From: Elsinoe ampelina
Taxonomy: Eukaryota
Reading direction: 5' to 3'
DNA: 64,000 nt
Assembly: GCA_010093995.1 (NCBI GenBank)
Contig: ML992516.1
Span: forward strand, 1 to 64,000
How positions within the stretch are numbered: the stretch's first letter is position 1; every line of letters starts with the position of its first letter. Below the pieces are notes generated by a model. It was not told the origin of the DNA, did not search any database, and saw only the letters and a program-made list of their open reading frames with translations. Below are positions 1 through 11,859 of the stretch, piece after piece. The translations under genes and the position numbers were made by a program.

Positions 1-916
1 AGACTATAAATCTAAACGTCTAATTAGCTAGAGTACTTATATAAGCCCTATAGGTTATAGATTATATATAATATCTTAGCGTATAGGTAGTAATCTAAAC
101 TAGTATTATAACTTTTTATATTCTTAGGTTAATATACCCCTGTAGGTAACAGACTATAAATCTAAACGTCTAATTAGCTAGAGTACTTATATAAGCCCTA
201 CGAGTTATAAATTATATATAATGTCTTAGCATATAGGTAGTAATCTAAACTAGTATTATAACTTTAAACTACTACTAAATAATAGCTATATTTCGTAAAA
301 CACTCTCGTAGACACTATAAATTAAACTAATAACCTTCTACTCGTATATAACGATAGAGTTATAATAAAGTCCTCTACGACTTAACTAAATAGTACTACG
401 TATAAGGTATAGCTAACTAGGCTTATAACTATTAGCTTAGAAAAATAGGCCTAAAATGACCTACTTTACTAAAAGGGATACCCCCTCTAATTAGGTAGGA
501 ATTAATAGTTATATTCTTAGGTTAATATACCCCTATAGGTAATAGACTATAAATCTAAATGTCTAATTAGCTAGAGCACTTATATAAGCCCTATAGGTTA
601 TAGATTATATATAATATCTTAGCGCGTAGGTAGTAATCTAAACTAGTATTGTAACTTTAAACTGCTACTAAATAATAGCTATGTTTTATAAAACACTCTT
701 ATAGACACTATAAATTAAACTAATGACCTTCTACTTATATATAATAATAGGGTTATAATAAAGTCCTCTACGACTTAACTAAATAGTACTACGCATGAGG
801 CATAGCTAACCGGGCTTATAACTGTTAACTTGTGTAGGGGAGGAAAAAGAATTAATTACTGCCTAAACTACTAAAATGAGGTGGATTATAACTATATAAA
901 TACTTAACCTGGTGTA
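1..916. repeat. AT-rich, RIP-mutated repeat or transposon relic with internal direct duplications (continues off the left edge)
   Basis: Very TpA-rich and CpA/TpG-poor. 1-115 recurs at 151-265 and 544-658; 116-438 recurs at 509-831. The mismatches inspected are C/T and G/A transitions. No ORFs. Confidence 0.85.
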
Positions 917-1311
917 CTAAAAGATAGCTAAATCAAAAGAACTCCTTAATAGCAACAGATTAAGACAATAACCATCCAATTTGATCATGAATTGGTGGAG
1001 TAGTAGATAAGTGTTCAGTTCCACCAGGGGATGAACTGAATCAGGGTCCTTCTTGGCGCTCCAGCTTATACCTCGGTTGACAGGTTGGCTTTCGGCTAGA
1101 TGATGCACATGCTGGTCAACCCATCTGCCATGCCAGCCAGACTGGATACCGCCTGTCTTTGAGTGATGTTGATCTACTTATAATTTTTGTCCTTGCCAGC
1201 CTCGACCGTCCCCTTCGACACACGACCTTTCAACTTCTCCCTGGCTTCTTGTCTCAATCCATTTCCTGCCCTCCATTCGGCGTCGGCCCGGCACAGAAGC
1301 AGGTAATCACA

Positions 1312-2426
1312 ATGGGTATCGTCTCGAAAGAAGCTCCAATTCCACCCTGGGGTCTGGCGATTGCTGGCGCGAGCGGGGCAGTCCTAGCAAATGCCCTTGT
1401 GTACCCTCTCGACATGTTCGTGTGCCACGAGACTCGCACGGAACGCATAGCTAACCTACGTCACAGTGTCAAGACCCGCCTACAAGTACAAGTGAAGCGG
1501 AAGCCAGATGATAAGACACCACTCACCACCAACGATGTACATTACGAAGGCACGCTGCACGCGATTCAGTGCATTCTAAAGGATGAGGGGCTCTCAGGGC
1601 TGTACTCTGGCATGGCGGGGTCATTGATCGGTGTCGCGAGCACAAACTTTGCGTACTTCTACTGGTATTCGGTGGTCAGGACGCTATACACAACTAGGGT
1701 ATCGACTGCTAAACCAGGGACGGCTGCAGAACTTTCATTAGGAGCCGTGGCAGGAGCACTAGCACAACTTTTCACAATTCCAATCGCGGTGGTGACGACA
1801 CGGCAACAGACACAGCCCAAGGGTGACAAGAAGGGAATGCTTGAGACCGCACGAGAGGTGATCAACAGTGAGGATGGCTGGACTGGGTTATGGAGAGGCA
1901 TGAAGGCTAGTCTGGTCCTTGTGGTCAATCCTTCGATCACATACGGCGCATACCAGAGGCTTCGAGATGTCCTCTACCCAGGAAAGCTCAACTTGCGTCC
2001 TCATGAGGCATTCCGTGAGTAATTTTCCAGGAACAGCCAAGACCAATCGCTAATAAATTATCAGTTCTCGGCGCCATGTCCAAGGCTCTCGCTACCATCG
2101 CTACCCAACCATTGATCGTTGCAAAGGTTGGTCTGCAATCGCGCCCACCACCAGCCCGGCAAGGCAAGCCTTTCAAATCATTCGTCGAAGTCATGAAGTA
2201 CATCATCGACAACGAAGGCCCCGCGGCACTTTTTAAGGGAATTGGTCCTCAAATTCTCAAGGGTCTCCTTGTGCAAGGCTTTCTTATGATGACCAAGGAG
2301 CGGGTCGAATTGATGTTCATTCTATTGTTCAGATACTTCCGTCAATTGCGGGCCGACAAACTCCAGAAGTTGGCAGATGTCGCGGCGGCACAAGCGAAGA
2401 AGGCTGCCCCAGTGCTCATGAAGTAG
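1312..2426 (+). CDS. ANT1: Peroxisomal adenine nucleotide transporter (mitochondrial carrier family, Ant1/PMP34-like)
   Basis: Carrier signature motifs PLDIVKTRLQ, PIAVVTTRQQ and PLIVAKVGLQ after splicing out introns 1416-1466 and 2015-2064 (GT..CTAAY..AG). Confidence 0.85.
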
Positions 2427-3245
2427 GAGGACAAGAATATTCAGTATCAGTAGACGGAGGGATTTGTCGATATATCTACGACCCAGGCATGTCATTGTAT
2501 GGAGTTTTTGGAGTCACAATGTTCTTCAATGTATACAAGTTTGCGCATATGACAGCAACGCTCAATCAATCAGGGCACCCAAAGATCTTGAAGCCACTGT
2601 AGGGATTGAATGTGCCGATTGAGACCAAGAGACAGCGGAAAGAGAGATCCAAGCCCCTGCGATGTTGAGGAGGAGTGGATTAGTGGACTTGAGGAGTGCA
2701 AAGGCCATTTGTGGTATATATTGCAATCTTTACTTGACCTACTGTCAGGAGATGCAATTTACAGAACAGAGAGGACCATGCTGTGGTCTTGAAGCTGTCA
2801 TGTCAAAAGAAGCAGACAGCGGTCGGCAAATCGTGCCAGATTGATTGGCTGTCTTTGGTTGATCCGCCGCACCGTCACTGACCCTCCACTCACACCCTCC
2901 AACGGAAGTACAACCCGAAGCTCTCTCGGAGCGGTGACTTGCAATCAAGTGCTTTTCTGCATTCAACACACTTTAAAAATAATCGGAAATGAAGCTGTAA
3001 CTTTCCTCTTCATACCCTTGTCGACTCGGCCCTCAACTCTTGCGCAGCATCAAGGCGACGACACAAGCAACTCACACACGGGTTTACTAGCTCCGGCCAT
3101 ATCGTCATCGCTCTTCAACCCGGATTGGCAGTGTTGAGGGCGGCTTCTGAACACACGCGGCTTGACCTTTACCACTTTCTTTGACGCAAAACTGCCAGGG
3201 ACGATCTCGTCACCTTCGCCAATAGAACATTCGATACCTCTTCAA

Positions 3246-4982
3246 ATGACGTCCACACCAAAAGATCCGTCCAGTGCGACGACACCTACCCTGTCTGCGA
3301 ACCCTTCTGAGACAAACTCCCTCGCAAGCTCGAGAGCAGGCACCCCTCAGCCAGGATCTGCCTTGGGACAGACGAGTCATGGGAACAACGATGATTCGAG
3401 CAAACTCAAGACCTTCTTGAGCATTTTGAAGAAGTATGGAATACAAAGTTGCTTGGAGCATGGACGGGTCTGACCCCACTAGGTTTATCGGAGTCGCAGA
3501 CATTGCAGCAGTGCGATTCTCTCTGCCCGCGCAACTTTTGGAGCCTATCCCGAATTTGGGTATGCAGAGTCGAGAAGACGACATAGAAGGGAGTCTGACG
3601 AGTGGACAGAATACTGGCACTATCTCGATCGACCAGATGCCTTTATCAGGTATGCAGCCAAAAGCATGAGCTAGGAACTGGGGCTTACTATTACACTCAG
3701 CATCGGCGATTCCGAAGACGAGCTAGGACGCATGCTCCAATGCCTTCGATTCTGGTTTACAAAGGACATTGTAAGAGCACGAAGGGATTGCACCACAGGT
3801 GGGAATTAACTGGACTAGAAATACGTCAAGGGCAAGCCCTGCAAGCCTTACAACTCGACACTTGGCGAATTTTTCAGGGTAAGATGCTTTCAACAGCATT
3901 CCGATGTTGTCTAATCATTCCAGTGCCAATGGGAGGTTGAAGATACAAATCATGCCCTGATGGGAAAGGAGACAAAGCCAGATCTGGTAGCAGGAGGAGG
4001 TACAACAGAAGGCAAGCCAGTGAAAGTATCATATCTCACCGAGCAGACGTCGCATCACCCACCTGTATCAGCATATTACGTCGACTGTCCTGAGAAGGGC
4101 ATTTCAGCAGTTGGCTATGACCAGCTGAGCGCCAAATTTACCGGAACTAGTATCAAGGTTGTTCCTGGTGTTCACAATAAGGGGATTTTTGTCACACTGC
4201 ACAGATGGAATGATGAGCAATACCAGCTTACCCATCCTGCCGCTTTTCTGAGCGGTCTTCTCAGAGGTATGTCAAACGTACTTAGGTGACTGACCAGACT
4301 AATATGTCCAGGGTCGCTCTATGTGAGCGTCGCAGATACCTGCTTCGTCTCTTGCAAGAAGACCGGCATGAAAGTAATTCTTCACTATGTGGAGGAAGGC
4401 TGGTTGGGTAAGGTGCAGAACAAGGTGCAAGGCGTCATCTATAAATGCGATGTGGACAAGGACAACACGGTCAGAATCAAGGACGTCCCAGACAAGGATG
4501 TCATTGGACGATTGGACGGCTCCTGGCAGGACAAGGTCTGGTTCTCAAAGGGTAGCACAGCATTCGACAAAGTCCCAGTAAGCATAACCAATTATTCGGG
4601 TCTGTGCAACCTAATATGTTTCCAGGAGTCTGACAAGATCATGCTGGTGGATGTCAACCCGCTGTATCCCGTGCAAAAGATTGTTCCACCACCCGAGCAG
4701 CAATTACCGAATGAATCTAGAAAGTTCTGGTCTGGTGTTACACAAGCAATCTTGGACAAGGAATACGGCAAAGCAACCACTGCCAAGCAAGAATTAGAGG
4801 AACGGCAACGACAGAAAGCAGCAGAACGAAAGTCACGGAACACCGAATGGAAACCAAGATTCTTCACAGAAGCGATGGGACCCAGTGGACGACCTGAATT
4901 GACGGAAGACGGAAGGAAAGCTGTAGATAAGCTGCACCAAGGGGAGTGGGCTCTGGAACCAAGCGCTGAGACCGGAGCATAG
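3246..4982 (+). CDS. Oxysterol-binding protein family lipid transfer protein (multi-exon)
   Basis: OSBP fingerprint EQTSHHPP, plus KPYNSTLGEFF and FSLPAQLLEP and a C-terminal KQELEERQR. ORF fragments are joined by several ~50-bp introns. Confidence 0.9.
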
Positions 4983-5458
4983 TGTGCTTTACAAATGCGG
5001 AGACATATGGTCGTTTGATCAGGTATATGGCGTCCAACGGATCATGAGTTTGAACGAGCATGCAAAGTTCCACTGTTTGGAACCATCAGGGGCGTTTTTC
5101 AACGACATACAGGAGATGAGAGGACGGGTACCTGCAGACCTGATGTAACTTTTGGGTATTCTACATAGATGATTGGTCGAGATTACATATCAATTCCCGT
5201 TACACACGTGCAGGACCTGCAGCAAACGCGATCTTGTGTACTTTAGGCATGTGGTGGAACTTGGTTGGTTCTTGGCGGTGTCGGATAGCTTCACGAGCTG
5301 TTTGATGCAACAAACGCGTCCTTCACATGGACTCATGTCAAATCATGCTCATGACAAATTCCATTGATACCCCATTGATGTACTTATAGCGGTCTTTTCG
5401 GCATCTTTCCTCATCTACATGAGCTGCATTTGTGCTGATTACTGATTCTTTGCCTACC

Positions 5459-8400
5459 ATGTTCTCGGAGAACGAAACTGCCACCCTTTCGAAGGACCTG
5501 GCTGCCTTTCGATATGTGTCCACCACAGCAACGAATAATCTGCAGGGCATTCTCGCGAGTCACGAAAAATTGATTGCAGATTACAAATCGCTTCTGTCCG
5601 ACTATGAAGAGACCAAGGATGCCCGGGATCGTTATAAGAGACAAGCCAAGGGAACCGTATGTCAAATTTCATGAGAGGTTGCTTGCAAGAACTGACATCA
5701 CCTAGGAGGGCACCCCGTTTGTCGTCGTCCTCATTGATGGCGACAACTACCCATTTGACGACGCCTTCGTGGGCAAAGCAGCTGACGGCGGGACCAATGC
5801 TGCTGAGTTTCTTCATGCCTTCTTCAAGGACCACATTAGGAAGCTGGGGCTTGCTCCAGAGACTAAATTGGTCGTCCGATATGTAGTCAATCTTGCAGAG
5901 GCGTCAAGAATGGCTCATCACTTGGGATTGACAGGTAGTCATTCAAGGTCATTGGCAACGTTCACCGCGGCCTTTGCTTCGGCGAAGCCATTGTGCGATG
6001 TCGTTGATTCTGGTGACAGACCTTCTACCACGGAAGCCAAGATCAAGGGTAGGGGCTAGATCATGCGATCATCAGAGGCAACGGAGCTGACATTCGCCTA
6101 CAGAGAACTTCGAGCTCTATGTCAACACCAATGCATGCAAGCACATCTTCTTCGCTGGTTGCAACAGTCAGAGGAACCTAGATCTCCTCAAACCCTACGA
6201 GAAGAGGCTCGAAAAGATCACCCTGATCAGGAATTCCCAGTCATGGCCTCAGTTTTCAAGCCTGGGCTTGAGGACAGAGGAACTTACCTTCGTCTTCCGA
6301 GATGGTCGCGCCCCAACACCAGAACGATCGAGTACCAACTCCTCCTCGAATCTGAAGGTCGGCAAATATGTGCCACCAAGCCAGCGTAGAGAGAGCGACG
6401 ACAGCTTTCAGCCAGATGCCAAACGACGTCCAACAACTTCCACATTGCAGCATCAATTGCTTCGACCTGCATCAAAATCTCGTCTTACCTACTCACATCA
6501 GGATCTTTTGAAGTACAGGAATGAGCCTTCTGTGCCTCCCCCAACAGACTTGCTCCATCTTGAGCTGGAAAGAGATGACCAGAGGACACCTCGTCCGCAA
6601 CGTCGTCAACCAATACCTCCTCATGACGACTCTGCGGAGCCACCCATTTGTCGCAACTACGACTCGATCCCATCTGCACCCGTGGATAATTCCGAGGCTG
6701 ACCACTCTGATCGCACCCATGAAAGGCACAGCCGTCGAGATGTGTACAACGCCGATGTCGATATTCATAACGCCACTTCTAATGCCTATTCCGGTCTCAA
6801 TGGTGACACCACTGACGGATACTCACACCCCGAAGCCTGGGTGGATTCGAGGCAGTCATTCGATGCACAATCTCCCGAAACGTCAAAACCCCAGTGGAAA
6901 CACAAACAAAAGTCCAATGAGCAACAGCAGCCATTCTGCACCCACTGGGTCAGAGGAGTTTGCAAGTACGGCGAGACGTGCAAGAAGCGTCATGAACTTC
7001 CTGTGGATCCTCGTGGACCTGGAATACTTGAGCACTACGGCGAGCCTAGCCGAGCCGCCGTGTCGAATGACTGGAGGGCACCCGAAAAGGCCGCAGCCAA
7101 TCCCTCGCGGATCCCTGGCCCGATTCCACCACATAGAGCCCTTGGTCAACGTGGATCTACCTTGCACGGGCGAGCATACTCCGAGGATTTGGATGAATCG
7201 CAGCTGCCAAAAGAGCATGAGCCAAAGATCTACGACGTTAAAGAGGTCCTCGAAAATCTCCCAAGACGTGCAGATGCAAATTTGGATCTCATCCCTGTTA
7301 ACAACCATGGCTGGCGTCTCGACTACTACCCTGGTAAAACCCCTTCCAAGCCCGCTATTGCCAACTATAAGGAGAAGATCGCGACGTTCGAGCCTTGCAA
7401 AGACTTCTTGTTGAAAGGGAAATGTAAGGAAGGTGCTCACTGTGCGAAGGAGCACGCACCACTGACTGCAGAGCTCACTGAGGTCTTGAGATGGGATGCT
7501 CATGATTCACCATGCAAGAAGCAAGGTGACTGTCGAGATAGGGACTGCTATTCTGGTCACATTTGCTATAGTCCCAACTGCAAGAATGGCCTTAGATTCA
7601 CCGGTTGTAGATTGCCGACTAAGCTTCATCAAGTCGATCCACTGGTGGCGGACTATGTCCCAGCCGTGGTGCCTCATGAGGAGCTGTCAGAAGAGGATCG
7701 CCAGCTTGCTGGACAGCCGATCGAAGTTATCGAGGGTGATCTGCTTGGTGTTGAAGAGGATGTCAGGCCTGTCAACAAGCTCAACATGACTTCTCGATGG
7801 GCACAGAACATGCCAAATCCTCATCAATCCGGGCAAAATACACCTACCGGCCAAGTCAACAATGATTCTCCACTGATTCCTGCCGATGATTCGAGTCACG
7901 AAAGGGAGAAGACCCCGGGACCACGTCCAAATGGTGGTGCAACCTGGGATCCGTTCATGCCATCGCCTACTCAAAAGAAGATCTCTACGAACGGCATGAA
8001 CGGTCGTGCCGCTGCGAATGGTCGAAGCACACCAAAGGTCGAGAAATTCTCCTTTGAACCTCCTACCGACGAAGAATCTGTCTCGGACGACCAACAGAGT
8101 GACCATGAGTGGCAGTACTCTGTCCCTGATGACCACATCAACTACAATGATGGCTATGAGTCGGACGGGCTTTACCAGGCTCCAACACCAGAAAAGTATG
8201 AAAAGTCACAATCAAGGAAGGTGGATGGGCACGACGGCGGCCATGAATACAGCTCAACCTCGGCGCCCAGCTGGAATGCATCAGAAAGCCTCCCACAGAA
8301 GCCTGCTACGTCGGATCTCAAGTCGGACACTCCTCAAACGCAACAAGGGTGGTCTAATCCTCCTGCGGAGGAACAGTCTCGCCATCAAACCCCAGCGAGC

Positions 8401-9837
8401 GTTAAGCCCGTACCAAAGGACACAGTCGTACAGTCTGAGCCTGCAACCACGGCGAAGACCTCACCTGCTCAAGCCCCACCAGCGGATATCCAAGTGGACG
8501 ACGAGCTCGTTGCCGACGATGGACCGGAGGGGATAGACGATCAGGTCACAAACGCCACTTCGCCGGTCATCGACCAAGAAACTTCCTTTGCATCTACTGG
8601 CCCAGCTTCAGAGTCTGTTGATGAGCTCTTCGACACAGAGTCCCGTACTCCAACAAATCGCAGTCCTTTGCCTTCGGCAGCTCAACCTGTCGCCGCCGAA
8701 TCTAACAGCCCGGTCGAGCAAGCGTCGACGGACAGACAGTCCTCTCCTGTGGCAAGACCGGAGAGCAAGACGTCGACTAGGCTGAACGTCGGCGCCGTCT
8801 CCTTCGTGCCAGGCAGTACCTTTGTTCCAGGGGCGAACAGCCACAAAACCGCATCTCCTTCACCTTCGCTTTCAGCAACTGCTCCACCTCCAGCGCCCAG
8901 CGACAGCTCTCCTCAATCCTCATCTACCCCTTTCTCTCCGCTCGGCGACAGCAAGCACGCTCCCAAGCCCGCGTCTCCAATGACAGTCAAGGCAGCCAAG
9001 GTCGCACCTCCCACCGAAACCACCACCACTGACCATCCCGACCCTATTCCCACCGAATCCCACTCCAACAGCAAAAAGAAAAAGTCTCACTCCCGTAACG
9101 CCTCCTCCCTGACTGCCGTCCGCGGCGACCACGGCAAGACCGACAGCTTCGCCAGCCGCCAAACCCCACGCTCTGCCCACAAGTCCGGTGACGCACGCAA
9201 CTACGCCGAAGGTCGCGAGGAGCGTATCTCTGAGGGCCAATCAAGCCACAACAGCGGCGGCCGGAGTCAAGCTTCGTTTGGCGACGGTGAAGTAGGGAGA
9301 TTCGATAGCTGGAATACCAGTTCGCAGCATGTGAACCAGGATGCCGAGGCCAGTGGGTGGGGACAACAGGAGGCGTGGCAGGGGAGTGGGGGGCAGTATG
9401 CTGGGGACGGAGCGAACGGGTGGGGGTATGGGGTGAATAATGCATGGAACAACAACTCTTGGGGGCAGGAGCAGGAGGGGTGGCAGGGTGGTCGTGGTGC
9501 CGGTGGAGCCAATGGGAATGGACGGGGTGCCTATGGGCGGAGTCAGCGGAACGACACCTCGGGATATGGGAGAGGGAGAGGGTGGGGAGGCACTGATGAG
9601 CAGGGGTACGGGAACGACGGAGCGGGGGTGACTGGGTATGCAGACCATGGGTACGCGTCTGGGGGATATGGTAGTGGTGGAGGAGGACTGGAGGAGTTTG
9701 GGTTAGATGATGAGTATCTGGAGTCTGCGAGGAGGGAGCAAGCAGCGATGCAGAGGTCGCACGAGGATATGATGAGGGATCATGAGGAGGGCCAGAGACG
9801 GGGGCATAGAGGAGCTGTTGAGCCGCATACGTGGTAG
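5459..9837 (+). CDS. CCCH zinc-finger protein with an N-terminal NYN/PIN-like (DUF7923-type) domain, a PAM2-like motif and a G/R-rich low-complexity tail
   Basis: Introns 5657-5705 and 6049-6103 give FVVVLIDGDNY...CKHIFFAGC. CCCH fingers CTHWVRGVCKYGETCKKRH and CKDFLLKGKCKEGAHCAKEH, plus a further Cys/His cluster. Confidence 0.75.
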
Positions 9838-10785
9838 TTGAGGGAGGGAAGATGGGTGGCGGTGGTAGCTCGAGTGACCTTGTGTCGCTTTTCCTTAACA
9901 GTATACTTATCTAATTATTCACGTCAATGCCTCCCTCATGCTTCCATGATCATGGTGACTATCTATGAAAAATTCAATGGCTTGAAAGGTCTAGCAGATT
10001 ACCTCCCATCTATCTGTTCCCATGTGATGCTTATTTACCTGCTTGCGGCGCCTGAGTCAAGCGACTGCATTCAGATCTACCATATAGCAGTAGTTATCAT
10101 ACGGCTGCATCACTCATACGTGCAAGCTGCCGTTTCAGCTCCTGTATGAGTGTCTGCACTATCGCACTGGTAGGAGAAGGTGCCCCGGCGGTGTCCCCTC
10201 CTCCCCGCCATGTTTGCACCATTTGTCTTTGCACGAGAAAAGAGGGGTCTTTCCTGCCCTGCAAGGAACGAGCGCACAACCACGCCAGTGAAAAAAAGTG
10301 GGGTTTTGTTGCATCATGCGTGGCTTTTGACGCCAGCTTCTCCTCATCTCGATGCCACATCCTCTCCCGGAAACAACTGCAGAGCTTCAATTGGCTACAG
10401 CCGAGCTCTGCCACCACCTCGTGCGTAACTGTGACACTGCATAATGCCAACTGTCCTTGTAGAACCAAGGCAGAGCCACTCCCACGCTGAGAGGCCGTCC
10501 AAGGCTGTGATGTGGCTGTTGGAGGAGAGCTTCTCTGACCCGCGTGACTGAATATGACCACTTCTGACGTAGGAAATACACGGCTTCGTCCAGGCAATTT
10601 GCAAGCACTTCCGACCAGAACGGGAAGCAGTCACGAAGCAGCTGCTCCGCTCAGAGCTCAAGGTAGCTTAAAAGATCCTGCTTCGCCCACTTTCTTTCAT
10701 CTCACAACAATCACCATCAATCACCTCAAGTCAATACACATTCATCAACCAACACTCAATCAACCACCAACCAACAATCTTCAAC

Positions 10786-11139
10786 ATGTCTGACGCCGGC
10801 CGCAAGGATTGTGAGTATACCGTGCTTGAGTTTAGTACATCTTCTAACAGGATACAGTCACCGACAAGGCCTCGGAGAAGATCACTCCCCAGTCCAGCAA
10901 GTCCACCACCGACAAGATCTCCGAGTCTGTCACCAACGCCACCGACTCTGTAAGTTGCTCTCCCGCGCGGATCCATGTCAGGGCTTACACATCCCCAGGC
11001 TTCCCGCTCCCTGCAGCCCGACTCCTCCAAGTCTGGTACCCAGGAAGCACTCGACAAAAGTACGAGGACCAAGCACGACGCCCAGAACGACTCCCTCTTG
11101 GACAAAGCGAAGAACGCTGTGGGACTTGAGAAGAAATAG
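10786..11139 (+). CDS. HSP12: Small hydrophilic heat-shock protein, Hsp9/Hsp12 family (3 exons; missed by the ORF track)
   Basis: MSDAGRKDFTDKASEKITPQSSKSTTDKISESVT...DSSKSGTQEALDK after removing introns 10811-10857 and 10950-10998. Confidence 0.9.
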
Positions 11140-11859
11140 GACACTCATCCTCACTCGCACGCTTCCACTGAGCATCACTCATCAACCAACAAGACCCACT
11201 CAACCACTTCGACTTTGACCGGCAACCACAAGTAAAGGTCGACCATGATGGGTATGGGAGTTGTTGAGGAGGGGAAGGGCAAATGACGTTTCTTATGATC
11301 CTAAGTACCAGAGATACCAACAAAGTATTCGAATGACTTCGACCTGATCACAATCATATTCACTTGCCTCACCTGCCTACCCTTTGTGATAAATTGTTCG
11401 TGATCGCTTTGCCTCAACACGATTGATCTGGTAGTGCATCGACTGACATTTGTGTGTTTCATTTACCATCATACCACTTGCAACATTACGAGACCATCAA
11501 TCACAGGGCATACTGACGGAAGAAGCTCCTTGCTGCCAGTCCCCAAATGAGCACGTTGCTGTTGATAACTTAGTTGTGAATGTCCTGCATCTTCAAGCTC
11601 GAGCTCGGTTCTACTTTCGTAAAGCTTGCCCGAGATTGAGCTCTGTCTTGGCAAATCCGTCCTCCGACGCGCTCGCGTTTTTCCCCAGATGAGAGCATTG
11701 CTTCTTGAATCTTGCGCAAATCAACAAATGTCACGACGACACATGGATTACCCACTCCTTGACGCGCTGGACTGCGATCTACTGTTGGCGACCAGGGATA
11801 TTGACTTCAGTGCATAGTCTGCCAGGATCTCACATGCGCCTCTTTTGCGACACGATACC

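Noticed and set aside
1159..1311. N-terminal extension of the Ant1 ORF
   Set aside because: Starts at TTG; the likely eukaryotic start is the ATG at 1312.
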